64,000 bases of DNA from Lama glama (lineage: Eukaryota). Shown in pieces: positions 24,663 through 37,734 of this stretch. Position numbers and translations under genes: made by a program. The DNA lies in NCBI GenBank assembly GCA_028534125.1, contig CM052817.1:85252001-85316000 (forward strand), in the 5' to 3' direction. Each line of letters starts with the position of its first letter. The first letter of the stretch is position 1. A model generated the notes under the pieces. That model was not told the DNA's origin. It saw only the letters and a program-made list of their open reading frames with translations, and did not search any database.

Positions 24663-25349
24663 TATAGGGTCTTTGTGGCTGGCCTGGGAGCCATGAACCT
24701 CCTTGCATTAGGGCCCAGGCTGACAGACCAGCCCCTATCTGGAATGTGCCAATCTTATTGTCAAGATCAGAAACACAAACATAACTGCACAACCCACATA
24801 AAGCTTTTAGTCAGTTGTGGTATATGTCATATTCAGTTCTGTTCCACCTACCAAGGTGAGTCAAAATCCACAGCTGGAGCCAGGAAAGATTCTCCCCAAA
24901 AGAAAAGCGCTGCAAGCTGTAGGGCAAGAGCCCTCAGAAGGAGGGAGCTGATGGTGAGGAACCACTGCCAGGGTTTCCCATTGACATTTGTCTGCTTCCT
25001 GTTTTCCCAGCAGAGCTGATGCCACTATTGTTTGTGTTTTCTGCATTTTAGCTATTATACAAATCTTATTTCAGTTTCTTCATCACTTCATTTTCCTTCC
25101 TTTTGGACTGTCACTCAGGTGGCTTCCACTGACGGAATTGCTTTTTCCTCTTCACCATCAAAATCACTGCATTCTTCTTCAAGACCTTGCCTATCCCAGG
25201 GCCACATCACATCCTCCAGTTACACACTTTTAGACTTTACTTTCATTATTTAGCTATTGTAATGGTCAATCGAGATTAAATTCAGTAGTGATTATTAACT
25301 GAATGTTTTACTTCAAAAGTAGTTTAAAAGTTCCATAAAGACAGAGACA

Positions 25350-25440
25350 TGACCTTTTTTTTTTTCTCTATAGTATCTCTAAACAGGGTGTGGAATGTAG
25401 TAGTGGCCCAATAAATATTCACTGAAAGACTGAATGAATT
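25350..25440 (+). mobile_element. L2 3' terminus
   Basis: GTGGAATGTAGTAGTGGCCCAATAAATATTCACTGAAAGACTGAATGAAT. Confidence 0.6.
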
Positions 25441-25449
25441 TTTGTGTTT

Positions 25450-26050
25450 CTTATCTTTTGCAATATTTTTGTTTCTTCTTTTTGCTGTGATAATTTCAGA
25501 AATATACAACCTATGTGTTTTGTTCTTTATAACTTTATATATTTATTAATTTATTAGATTTATATCTGAAGCAATATGTTTTATTCCTTATCTGAAAGAT
25601 GAAAGAAGTTATACCCTTATACTTCCTCTTCCAGTTATTTCCCCAGACTTTTGTTGTGATATTTGTCCATGTTTGCTATTTTTATTCCATAGGATTATAT
25701 CTAAGTTTGAAACCTATGTTTAGTATTATATATGTAATTTCTAAAGATTTTTAGATTGAGTTCTTTGTTAATAGACAGTTAAAACTTACTGTTTATTCTT
25801 TATAATCCATGCTCCCATTTTTATCTTCTTTATTTTGGGTTATCTCTGGGTTACTGCTGGTTTGCATTATTGAACAGGGCTTTGTGCAAAGGGTATATGT
25901 ACGATTGAACTGAGTTCTCATGTTTAGGAGACTTTTTACATTAGCTTTACAAGTAAATTATGACTTTGCTGGTGTAGAATTGAATTAAAGCATACTCTTT
26001 TTCACTCAGATTCTCCACACATTTATCCTGTATTTTGTTTTGTTTGTTTG
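25450..26050 (-). mobile_element. HAL1/L1ME-type relic, probably continuing at ~28100-29080
   Basis: T-rich strand; TGAACTGAGTTCTCATGTTTAGGAGACT..TTTGCTGGTGTAGAATT..TTCACTCAGA resembles HAL1/L1 ORF1 in reverse. Confidence 0.45.
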
Positions 26051-27241
26051 TTTTTAATTTTTTGTTGTTAAAGTCTTTGTATCTTTGGGGCTAATACAGA
26101 GGTCTTCTAAAATCCTGGGCCTCCAATTCTAATGCCTGACAGGTTGCTATAGGGTGAATTCCCAGGACTCACATTTGACTCAAAACTTCCTTTCCATCTC
26201 ACAGGAATTATCAGTTATTTATAAGTGCTCTTAAAATAAAGCCCAAAATCTTCGACATGACCTACACGTGATCTGATCCCAACCTGCCTCTGCTGTTCAA
26301 GTTTGCCAAGAGCAAACATAAATATTTCTCTCCCCAGTTGCTTAAACAAGAAAAGATATATTACTTTTAACGAAAAGGTTTCTATAAGAGGAATACTATT
26401 TTCATCAGGCCAAACTAAGGTCTAAGAAGTTCAATAAGATTAAAATTCCCTGAACTAATAATGCCTCATCTCTCATTGCCACTCTTTCAGCATTTGTCTG
26501 GGCATAACTGTCAGCCTTCCAGAAAGACAGGGAATCAAATCTGTTGTTCTTCTGTTGAGGTGACATGTGAATCAAATCCTAACCTCATTTGGCTCCAACC
26601 AATGTCTTTTATGCATTATTTTTATACTTTCTGTAAAACTAGAGGTTGACACTGAAAATGGTTCTCTCTTCCTACCTGGTTGCTATCTGGGATATTACTG
26701 TCATTACTTCAATAAAGTGAGAAAAAAGCAATGAAGCCATCTAGGGACTGGGTTTCGGAGAGCTTCAGGAAGCCTGGGATTGACAGCTAATGTTTCCATG
26801 TTAGGTGATGTCACCACTGTAGTGGAACTAGCAGCATAACAGGAATTTGAGGTGACATGTATCACACAAGTATAGAGAGGCCAGAGAAATGGAAATACTG
26901 TCCTGCTTCTTAACTTCTGCTGGAACAATATCTTTCTATGCCTTTCTATTTCAAAGCAAATTTTTATTTACTAATATTTCTGTACTTATTTTTCTATAGT
27001 AATTAACAAAATCTAGTTTTGTGTTTGTCATAGACAAGGCAGGTATATCTATAGGTATAGATAACCTTAAGCATCCTATTATAACTTGAACTCTGGAAAC
27101 AAACTCTGTTTTTCTGAATACAAAGGTACATTACTAAGGTAAAGACTCAGGTAGATGTGGTGTCTAATATTCGATAATGTGAACATTGTGTGTGTGTGTT
27201 TGTGTATATGGAGGTGCCTGTGTGATATCAGTGAAAATAGA

Positions 27242-27810
27242 TGTGCCAGTTAAGTATCAGAAAACTCAACTCAAATGACTAAAATGACAAGGGGATTTTT
27301 ATTCCACATAACCCAAAATCTGGAAGTAAGATAGTTTCAGGTTCTCACTCCATTTACTTACCCTTCACTCGGCTCTTCCTTCATTGCTGTGCAGCTGTTT
27401 TGTTGTTGCTGCTGCTGTTGTTTTCTCAGACTGCCTTTTCTCATGATCGTAAGATGACTGTTAGCAGAAAACAAGGCAATGAACTTCCTTGTTCACTTCT
27501 AGTACAAATAAGAGAAGAATCTGTCCCAGAACTACAGAATATAAGATTCTTCCATTCAGTCTAATTGGTCCAACTTAGCTGAAGAGCTCATTTGAAAGTA
27601 ATATGCACTGATCAGAGTAAGCTAGGATTCCTTAACCAATCCCTGGCAAAGAGCTGGGATGCCCATAGTGATCTAAACTAATTCACATCCACCCCTGTAG
27701 TTGGAGATGGGATCAGCTTCTCTTGAGCCACCATACTTGAGAATGGGTGGCTCCTGAGGAAAGCTAGAGTTCTAGGGAAAATTGGACACTATGAAGGCAA
27801 TAAACAATTT
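27242..27810 (-). mobile_element. MaLR LTR (MLT1K/L-like)
   Basis: CAGAAAACTCAACTCAAATGACT..TTATTCCACATAAC, CTAATTGGTCCAACTTAG, AACCAATCCCTGGC, CACCCCTGTAGTTGGAGATGGGATCAGCTTC. Confidence 0.7.
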
Positions 27811-27904
27811 CTCCTCACGAGAAAGTGTATGTCTCATTTTAAGAGACTTCTGAGACCAACCAGATAATAAGTAGACGAGTAGATTTTTTTCTATGTTTTA
27901 TAGA

Positions 27905-28100
27905 ATGTAGAATAAAGTTGTGAATTCAGCCTCTGTAGTGGCATGGTTCTCAAGTCTAAATCCATTGCTCACTTGCTGAATGAGTTTGGCTAAGTTACTC
28001 TTCTGTAAAATGGGGAAACAGTAGTACCTACTACATAGGATTTTTGTCTTTCCAGTAATTATTTAAGTGAGAATTCATGGGCTTGGCGATAAATGTTAAA
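27905..28100 (+). mobile_element. MIR
   Basis: TTGGCTAAGTTACT..CTGTAAAATGGGGA..AGTAGTACCTACTACATAGGATT core. Confidence 0.7.
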
Positions 28101-28482
28101 TTTATTTTTTCTTTCTAATTTCATTTTCCTTCTAATCATCTTTCTCTTTACTGTTTTTGTTTGCATTTACTGTGATATTTTGTAGCCTTATTCTGCACAT
28201 AACTGATTTGGTTCGTGTGTTGTCAGCTTTACTGCTTGCTGCTTCTACTATATTGCTTGGTTGAGAAAAGACAGTTTTGTTTCTTCATTTCTTTCTTGAC
28301 AGCTTCTTTTAAATTTCCCTTTGTAAACGTAGCATCTCACCCTTGAAGTGTCATTTCATTAAACCCATGTTCTTTATTATTTCTTGACATTGCTAAGTAG
28401 TGCCTACATTCGTTTTTGGATTTGGGCAGCAAATCTGTTTCCAAAATGGGTTCCTCATCTGCAATTTGTAAACTAAGCCCCT

Positions 28483-28585
28483 ATTACTTATTTATCTATC
28501 TATCTATTTATTTATTTATTTACTTACTTACTTACCTACTTACTTACTTACACTTACTTATTTGCTTTCTTACTTACATATTTAT
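28483..28585. repeat. degenerate (TTTA/CTTA/CTAT)n tetranucleotide repeat
   Basis: TATTTATCTATCTATCTATTTATTTATTTATTTACTTACTTACTTAC... Confidence 0.85.
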
Positions 28586-30104
28586 TATTCTCTATTGTTG
28601 CATTAAGTTGGTCTCATTTTTTTCTTCTTGTATAATTATTATCTTTGTGGGCAATCTGGGTCTGCTATTGGCTTCTTAAAATCGTAGGAATGGATTATTT
28701 TTGATCTTGCTTTGCTATCTGGTCTTTAACCCCTGCTCCTGATGTTGAGGGCTCGAGAACTAGATGTGAGTGGTTGTTATTCTTTTCTTCATTCTGCACC
28801 AGGGACAGTGCCCTAACTACTCTGATGAATATCTTAAGTTTTTCCTATAACACGCTTCAGGATGAACCAGTCATTATGGTGTGAATTCCTAGAAGATAAA
28901 CTTGTATTTCGAGTGGTTTTCTTTCTTTTTTTCTTTTTTTCAAGTGGTTATCTTTTTAATTCTTTGCTAATTTTTATGCTGTGTTTGTTGGCTACCGCCA
29001 TTTCCTCTTGACACCATTACACCTTGGAGATTCTTCCTTGTCCTTATTTCATCTTCTGCGGGGAAAATGGGAAAATACCAACTTTTAATAGTTTTCATCC
29101 AAGCTTTGGGACGTCACTTATTTGCCATAAAAATAAAGGATAGTTTGAGAACATCTAGAGATTTTCTCCATAGTGCACTCATTTTACTCATTCTCAATTT
29201 ATTCAGGGTATTATATCAGTTAAGAATTTTCAGGAGGAAATAACAGAATGCTGATCAACAATAACCTAAAGAAATTGAATTTGGTTATTATTTTTACTTA
29301 GTAACAAATAGTTTTGAGGCAGAGTTAGTTAATCTGCTAAATGATGTCATGACTGACATCTCTTTATTCTCTTGGTCTTTCCTTCATAATTAGAAGATGC
29401 CATTGCACCTTCTATAGGGAATGAGAAGAATATTTTCAAGAGAAACTGAATGGCCCAAGAGAATAAGCCCACAGATATTAAACTTTTATGGTGTACTGCT
29501 GGAATTTCTACACATTTTCCTAATAATAATTAAAAAATCAACAAACTCAGTTTGTACACAAAGAATTCTCTAGTACATCACACTTAAATACAAGGTATCA
29601 CTTGATACTTGAGAACAATTTACAATATAAAAAAGACCAATATAAAAAAAGAATTTGACATTTTTTAAACTGGCTGGTAGTTGTATGGGGTTCAGTTATT
29701 CTTCTTTTCTAGCTTGTATATAGGTAATACACACCCATTTGTATGCATTATACGTTTTGCAACGCATTATACATTTTGAAAAGAAACCGTGTTTGGAGGC
29801 ATGAAGAAAGGAGGAAGGACAGCACCAGCACACTTCTCTGTTTTAGGAGGACAGTGTTTCATGGCCAAACATGGTGGGCAGTGAAACTATCTGAGGGAAT
29901 TAGTAGCTTGTGTTCATCTTCTGGCCTGGAGGGGAAAGTGGGTTGCGTCTGGCATTGCCTGAGCAGAAGCAGTGTCTGCTGCAGGGGACCGTCTGATTCC
30001 CAACTTACTTTCATCCTATTTTAAAATCTGTGGCCAAGCAAAAACATTTGCTTAACATCACCTGAATCCCAGTAAATTTTATTTCAGATTATATTCTCAC
30101 TAAT

Positions 30105-30410
30105 TTTTTCTCTTTGCCTAGAATATCCTTCACAGCTTTCTCTACCTGCGAAACTTTTACTCAGCCTTCAAGGCCCAGCTGATGTGGTAACACATCCATG
30201 AACACTTGTGATCTTGCTCAGCACTCTTGGTTAGGTTCTCTCCTTCTACTTTAAAAGTTTCAATATGTTTTATGTTCTGATATGTACTAAGGTGATTTCT
30301 ATACACTTATCATTCCCACTAGATTATTGCAAGATCTGTAAAGTTGACCTTATATTTGCTTATCTATTCCCAAACACATTGCAAAGTACTTGGAAAGTGA
30401 ATGATCATTT
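30105..30410 (+). mobile_element. L2 3' region
   Basis: TGCCTAGAATATCCTTC..TACTCAGCCTTCAAGGCCCAGCT..CCCACTAGATT. Confidence 0.65.
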
Positions 30411-31487
30411 TTTGTTTGTTTCAAAAACTTTTTTCAACTGGATGCATCTTATTCAATGAGAAATTTGATTGGTATTTTAAAATGTTTCTTTCTTTGGAAA
30501 GAAAGAGGGAATCTAAGTGTATGTTACTGTTTGTAATGTTTCTGTTAACACTTACATTAGTTTCATCCACTTGGATGTTTTATATATTGTTTTCTTTAAA
30601 AATATGAGTAGAAATCTGTCCTTGCATAATTCCAAGCACTTTAGTAAAGAGACTCTTTAGGAGAGTGGATGATTTACAAGAGGAAATGTTAGTTTGAGTC
30701 ATCTTTTTTTGCTCAGTCTCAGGGTGGCTTTGCTTTCTCGTGGGTGGCCCACTGAACAGAGTTTCATAGAGTTCTCCACTGACATGGAAGTCAGTGACAT
30801 TAAGTAGTAACTGCATCTACAGATGATAAATAATGCCAGACTCCATGCTATCTTTATAGGTCTTTTTGGAGCACAGACTAACCTTTAAAGCTGTAAGTTA
30901 CAATTTCCTACTGTGTATGTGCTGCTAACAATGGGATGGTTCGTTCCCTGTTTTCAGTGGAACTAACCACAAATCTAAAGTTCAGAGGAAAGAGATGGGG
31001 ATTCCTGCTTTGAAGCTGCATTCCACTTTCCCTCACTACCCCCTTTTAAAATCTTATATGTAGTTACATCTTAGAGTACTGTGGTTTGTTACACATTGCT
31101 GAACATCTAATGCCCAGGTTAAGGTAAACACAATCCTTTATAATCCTTCCCCAGTCCCTTTTGATTTAATACTGCTGCACAACTCTTAAGTGAGAGCAGA
31201 GGGGTCAGTAAAGCTGCTTCAGCTTAACTGTTGTTGGCGTTCTTTTTTTCTTGGGGCTTTGATGGGATGTTTCTCTTTTTTTTTAAAGCTGTAAAACTGC
31301 CTTAAATTCTCATACACTTTGTAGGAATGTTTGCATTAATTTGAGAGCCTGCATTTTTTTTCCCCCTGAATTAACTCCTAAAAAGGAAATAGAATCAGTT
31401 GTGGGAATACTTGGTGAGTATCAGAGCCCCAGGAGCCATCATTATAATTTTTAAATGTCACAGGCTACTTCTGAGAATATGTGTAAA

Positions 31488-31670
31488 GTCATATGTATAC
31501 ATATATGTATCTATGTATTGCAATATTATAAGGCATATATAATATATAAAGATAACAAACTTATAAAATATGTGTTATAATATGCTTTATATAGTAATAT
31601 ATAAATAATATATATTAGGTATTTTAAATATATATATATATAGAATGCATTTATATATATATTATGTAAA
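31488..31670. repeat. (TA)-rich low-complexity tract
   Basis: Degenerate TA/TATG arrays. Confidence 0.8.
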
Positions 31671-33889
31671 ATAGAATTTCAGTATTTGGATTGAAATTAG
31701 ATTTACAATATCAAGTATATATAATCAAAAGTTTTTATTTTGTGTTTGTTGAGACAATTTGTTGGCTTGGATTCAATAATATAAGTAACTTCTTATGTGA
31801 TAGATTTTAAAAACATTTTCAGCAGAATGGGTGAAAGACTTCAATCTACTATGTATGCACTTCAGAAAAATAAGGAAATATTCTAGTAGCATGACTCAGT
31901 ATTAAACAAGAACACATCCTTCTTCCAACTTAAGTTTCTGTTAGGCTCAGTCCGAAAAATGCCAGGAGACAAAACTTTCTAAATAATAAAACATGCATTA
32001 GGACATGTCTTTAGTCTACTTGACTATAAACTGTGCTAACTATGGAAATATGTAAGAAAATGTTGCTGTATTTTTTTTAACACTTTGCTGGTAATTCTCA
32101 TGTACTGTACATAGGAATACTTTTTATAATTTTAGCACCTACTTGATTTAAAGGTGAAATTTAGCTCACAAAATATCCTGTTATCCATACTAGAATCAAA
32201 TCATTTGGTGTATATGATTTTACTTAGAACAATAATTCAAAATGTGTGTTGAATTAAGGAGCAACTTGCATTGATACCTCCTAACTAGGAGTGTCTTTAT
32301 TCAGAATAGTATGAAAGTTGATACTCTGTTTTTCCTATAAATCTTGTTGCCTACAGTAAAACATTCACTCACTGTAAGCCTAAATTTGCAGCTCCGCTTA
32401 GAAACATACTTCTTCAGAAGAGGTCGATGACTTTCTGAAGTATATTTTAAAACAATTATTTATATAAATAAAAAGTATGCCTTCTTATCACCAGTCTGTG
32501 AAAAAACTGTCAGGTAGATTTCCTTTAAATATCCAGATTGCTATAGGCTCACCTTAAGTTTCTTAAACACTCCTTAGCAGCAGATGTTCAATCCTCTGCT
32601 GAGGTGTTAGCCCTACTCCCTTAGCCGAGCCTTTTTCCTGCAGTTCTTTCCTTGTATCATACTCAGTTATTTTGGGATTCAGTCAGACCCTTTTACCCTA
32701 CAAGCTAGGAGAGCTTTAATGTTTAGCAATGAGATTTGGTTTCTTTTAGACAGCTTTCTCCAGGGGCCAAAGTCAGTTCCAGGAGCACTGGATGAGAATT
32801 GCTTCTGGATTTTGTCACTTCACAGAACTTAAACTCTCCCTTACTCCAAACTTCCAGTGAACACAATCCCCAGGAGCTGGTTCATCTTTCTTTTAAAATT
32901 TTTAATGAAAAATGTGATGATATAGAATTTTGGTTTTTTCTTATTTGTTTGTTTTTGAGGGTGTGTGACAACCTCCAGTGTAAGAAGTATCTAAAAATAT
33001 TGACGTTGCAAAGATACCCCTAAAATTCAAAGGCAACTAATGTACTTTTTGAACTAATGAAAGAGAGATGTTTTTATTAAAGCTTTAACCTTCAGATTTA
33101 TTTCTTCAGAATAATAGACCATCCAGGAGAAATCAGTATTGGAAAATGACAGAGTTGCTGGAATGTGTTCAAATACTGGTGTAACGTAGGCACTTGATGT
33201 AACAAAAAAATGATTTATCCTAGTATTTTAAATAATAACCTTTAAGTTATGTCTTTTATTTTGGAATGATAATGCAAAGACTTTTTGAAATATTATAAAT
33301 AATACCTGAAATGTGACAGGTCTATATGAAAAAGCCAAGAAGCTCAACTTAATTTAACAGAAAGAGTAAATAGTCATATTTTTTAATGTTGAATGTTACA
33401 TTGAAAATACAAGTAAATATGGTGGGTTCTGTGTCCTGGGTTCATTGATAATCATGTAAAATAAGATTATATGTATAATCTTAAAGATATCGTGGTGTTT
33501 TTGGCTTTTGTTGATTTTGGAAGTTGTTATATTTGTGCATTTCATCTTTATCATATTGATTTAAAGAAAAATCAGTTAAAATTTATTTAGGTAGCTTTAC
33601 CTCATCTGCATAAAAAGATACTCTTTGGGGAATAAACGGTTTTAAAATAATTTCAAAATTACATAAAAGTTCAAAGTGAGTATCTAGAACTATTCTGTCT
33701 TTCAACCATATTCTCCAATTATTAAGTTTACCATCTTTACTTTATCACTCTTTGTCTCTCTCCTTCAGTCTTTCCATCTCTTTTCCCCTCTATTCTCAAC
33801 TCTCTGATTTCTATCTCTGTGTATCTCCCTTTCCTCTGATGCACCTAAAACTCAGATATTTAGGGATATTGAGAGATGAGAGAGACAGA

Positions 33890-34414
33890 TTTTCCACATA
33901 GATGGTCATGCAATTTGTGAATAAAGATAGTTTTATATCTTTTTTTCCAATCTCTATATCCTCCATTTCTTTTCTTTTTTTCTTTTTTTTTGGGGGGGGG
34001 GTCTCATTACATTATCTAAAGTTCCAGTATGATGTTGAAAGGGAGTGATGAGAGGTATTATTTTTGCCTTGTACCTGACCTTAGTGGGAAAACTTTGAGT
34101 TTCTTACCATTAAGTATGATGTTAGCTATATTTTTTGTAGGTATTCTCTATCAAGTTGAAAAAGTTCCCCTCTATTTTTAGTTTACCAAGAGTTTTTATC
34201 ATGAATTGATGTTGAATTTTGTCAAATGCTTTTTCTGCATCTGTTCGTATGATAATGTGATTTGTCTTCCTCAGTCTGTTGATGTCATGGATTATATTAA
34301 TTGATTTTCAGATTTTGAAATGGCCTTGCATGCCTGAGATAAATCCTACTTGGTTATGGTGTATAATTCTTTTTATACATTGTTGGATTCAATTTGCTAA
34401 TATTTTGTTAAAGA
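33890..34414 (-). mobile_element. L1 ORF2 reverse-transcriptase fragment (L1M)
   Basis: The minus strand shows L1 RT motifs in order: G-F-I-S-G-M-Q-G, D-A-E-K-A-F-D-K-I-Q-H, G-T-R-Q and F-N-I-I-L-E. Confidence 0.9.
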
Positions 34415-35624
34415 CCTCACTTAATTTTTAATCTCTATTGAAAAAAATATTATGGGGTTAGAGTGTTGATTGATTTAGCTCCTGCATTTAAACTTGAGCA
34501 GGCTCTAGGTCTTCTCTGGTTACTTTTGAGTAATGAAAATGTCTATGATTACTTTGTTGCAAAACAGTCCTATTGCAGTAGTCTAAGTGTTTGTTACTGT
34601 GTAGTAATCACAACTGTAAACATGGATTAAAGGTGAGTTTTCTCTAATCTTTTGGTCTTCGCAATGGGTAGTCCGAAATCAAGAGAGAGGAATCCATGGT
34701 CTGATCATTTTCCTTTTCTCACCAATCACGTTTATTTCTTGCCTCCATATTGCTACCTGCAGTCTGTAAGTTTACTAAGTTTATATCAAAGAAAAGTTGG
34801 AGCAAGATTTAAACAGGTTGGTGTGGGTCAAGCAGAGAAGAAAAGTTTTTACTCAATGGGTATTGTACTAGTGGTCTAGCATCAGTGTGCTCAGATCTTA
34901 AAAAATATTTGCAGCTCATTATGTAAGTCATGAATATATTAATGAATTTTTGGAAGTATTCATTATGAAGATTCTTTGTTAAATGCCTTTGTTCTTTTAA
35001 TCATGATTATTTAAAAATCTCTATTTCTCTTAACAACTGTGTCATACCTGAACTATTTCTTGGCAATGTGTTATTTATCTTGCTTTTCTTGTATACCTTG
35101 AAAGTTGTTTGGAAAGTCAGACATCAAGTGTAGGATAGCAGAATTGGAGATAAATAGTTTTAATGCCTAAAATGGCATGATTTCTCTCTGCTAGACCTTT
35201 AATTTGAGTTTTTGAGTTGATCTAGTTAGGAGTTGCCAAATTGCTAGTGCCTCTCGCCACTTGCTGTAAGCAAATGTTAACTGTTTCTGGAAAAGGATAA
35301 TATACTCTTAGGTCTTGAATTACTTCTATACTTTTTCAAATGCAGTATCCTGACAATGAAAAATTATCAAGTGAATAGCAAGACTACATGAGCAACCAAA
35401 AGAAGAAACATTCTCAAGCAAAACATGCCCAGAGGGACTCCAGATATTTGAATTATCAGAGACTTTAACTATATTTTCTCTGCTCACAGAAATGAAATAT
35501 AATTTGATAAGGGATTAGAAAAGAAAACACCAAAAAAGACACAAAATACATTTGAGGAATAAGAAATAAAGTAATTCCAAAACTAAAAACAAACAAACAG
35601 AAAAACAAAAACAGTAACTTAGTA

Positions 35625-36160
35625 GATTATACCAGTTCCAGTGAACACACCCAGTACCCAGATTTTGGTTTCTAGTGTCATGCTTCTGTAAAAGGAACCA
35701 AGGTACCCTGAAGAAATGGCTATTCTCAAAATGAAACATGAAATATATAAGAGGATACTGGAACAACTTGTAGTGCCAGAAAATGGGAGGTAAAATAACA
35801 AATGCTTTGAAGGGATATGTGAAAGGCACAAAGGAACCAAGTCAAAGGGATACTAATAACCAAAACTAGAACAATTTGAGCAACAAAATAGAAAAAAATA
35901 GTGTTTTATTAAAACTCAATGTATAAATATTTATGATTTGATACTGATATAAATGTATGATTGAATAAAATAAAAAATAAGGAAAAGAGATAAATTTCTC
36001 ATCCAGAATTCTGAATAATTCATGTAGATCCTCTGCCCTAAAGGGAGACCAAAATATAAACCATACAAATTGACTTTTTGCATGTGTGCATAGGTCTGTG
36101 TGTGTGTGTCTGTATGTGTGCGTGCACACAGATGAATATTTCAAATACCTTGGAAAAGTT
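35625..36160 (+). mobile_element. L1MC-type 3' UTR fragment
   Basis: CACACCCAGTACCCAGATTTTGGTTTCTA..AAAAGGAACCA..GAAGAAATGGCT..CTTGTAGTGCCAGAAA. Confidence 0.75.
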
Positions 36161-36399
36161 CAAATAATTGTGGGACATCATTTCTTATTAAAAACAATAT
36201 ACATAATTAAATATAATTATGGAAACTTGAAAATCTCTTTGTTCTTTAAATACTCTACCTAGAGAAAAGTTGGGTGCCTGTCTCAGTTCCAACAATAGCT
36301 GTACAGCACTGGTAACTGCTTTACATGCACCCATACGTGGGGAACTGTCAAAACCATCATCCTTTGAAATGTTTTACTCCTCCTCATGCTATTATTCTT

Positions 36400-37650
36400 T
36401 TTATCTATTTTTATTCTTTTTAGAGTAATAAATGCTCATAGATTAAAAAGTCAACCAGTACTATAAAACTAATAAAATATTAGAACTCTGTTGTCTCATA
36501 TGTCATTCTCAGTCTGATTCCTGACAAATGTTTTCACCTTTTTTAGAGAAGTTTTGTTTATTTCTGTATTCGAAAATTATATATTTTGCTACTGTTTTTG
36601 AAGTATCAACCTCAGACATTGTCTCACATTATGAAAAGTAAAGAATTCTCTCTCTTAATTACTATTCTTGCTCCCTTCCTCCCCCTTCTAAATTAATGTT
36701 TATGATTTTTTATTTAATCAGTATCCATGCATCATGATAAAGTATGTAAATATTGTAAGCATTTATCATGATTGCATTTCCTTTCTTCTTTTCCTATAGA
36801 TAGTAATCACTTTTTAAAAATGATGTATTTTTTGATGTATCTATTACGTAATTTTCTAAACTTAAGACTGCTGCAGAACTGTCATGCTGAGAATTCTCTT
36901 CACTTCGTACTAGATTTCTCTTTGTGATTCTCCTATGGTAAACACTCTATTTTCTGGATCCTATGTCTTTTTCCTTTCCTTTCCTTTCTTTTCTTAACAC
37001 TTGGGAAACATATGTTCTCGTTGCTTCTTAAGATGAGGTATAAGGTCAGTATTAAATTTTTCAGAACTGTCTATCATTTTGAAAATATCTTTCTTCTGTG
37101 CTCTCTCCATACAGTTTGTCAAGTTCCAGAATTTTTAGGTTGAAATCGTTTTTCTCAGAATTTTGATGGCTTTGTTTTGTTGTTTTCAAATTTCCAGTGT
37201 TAGAGAATTCTGATGTCATTTGTATCAAATTCCTTTCTATGTGATTTGTTTTATTATTTTTTAACAACCTTAGAATTCTTCTTATCCCTGGTATTTAAAA
37301 TTTCATTAAAATGTGCACTTTGTAGAGCTTTAAAATTTTTTCCTAGGTATTTAATGAGTTATTTCATTCAATTTCTGAAAATATTTTTGAATAATTTTTG
37401 GTAACTTCTTCTCCATTTTTTTTATCTAAATTCTTACTACTGATGTGTTAAACTTAATATATTAATCCTTTAAGATTTCCTTCTATTATCTGTCTTTTCC
37501 CTTTTTGTTCCACTGGTTGGGAGATTTTCTCAACTTTAGCTATATTTCTATACTTTTATTTTACTATAATATATACTTTATTTCTACAAACTCTATTTCC
37601 CTAGCTTCACAGTTTTAATTGCATCTTTTCCTGTTTCCAAGGATGCATGT
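36400..37650 (-). mobile_element. HAL1-type relic
   Basis: AGAGTAATAAATGCTCATAGATTAAAAAGTCAA (3' end); CAGAATTTTTAGGTTGAAATCGTTTTTCTCAGAATTTTGATGGC (ORF1 reverse complement). Confidence 0.65.
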
Positions 37651-37734
37651 GGACTCTGCTGTAGTAATGTACAGATCAGCTCCTTATCAGCATTCTTTAC
37701 TTCAGTCTGCTAAATCTTTCACCATCCACTTAAA

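Noticed and set aside
29559..29575. miR-186-like start CAAAGAATTCTC, and a miR-875-like TATACCTC near 41660
   Set aside because: Only short matches, with no precursor hairpin.
34625..34640. Isolated strong donor AAG|GTGAGT
   Set aside because: No convincing acceptor or frame; such motifs occur often by chance.
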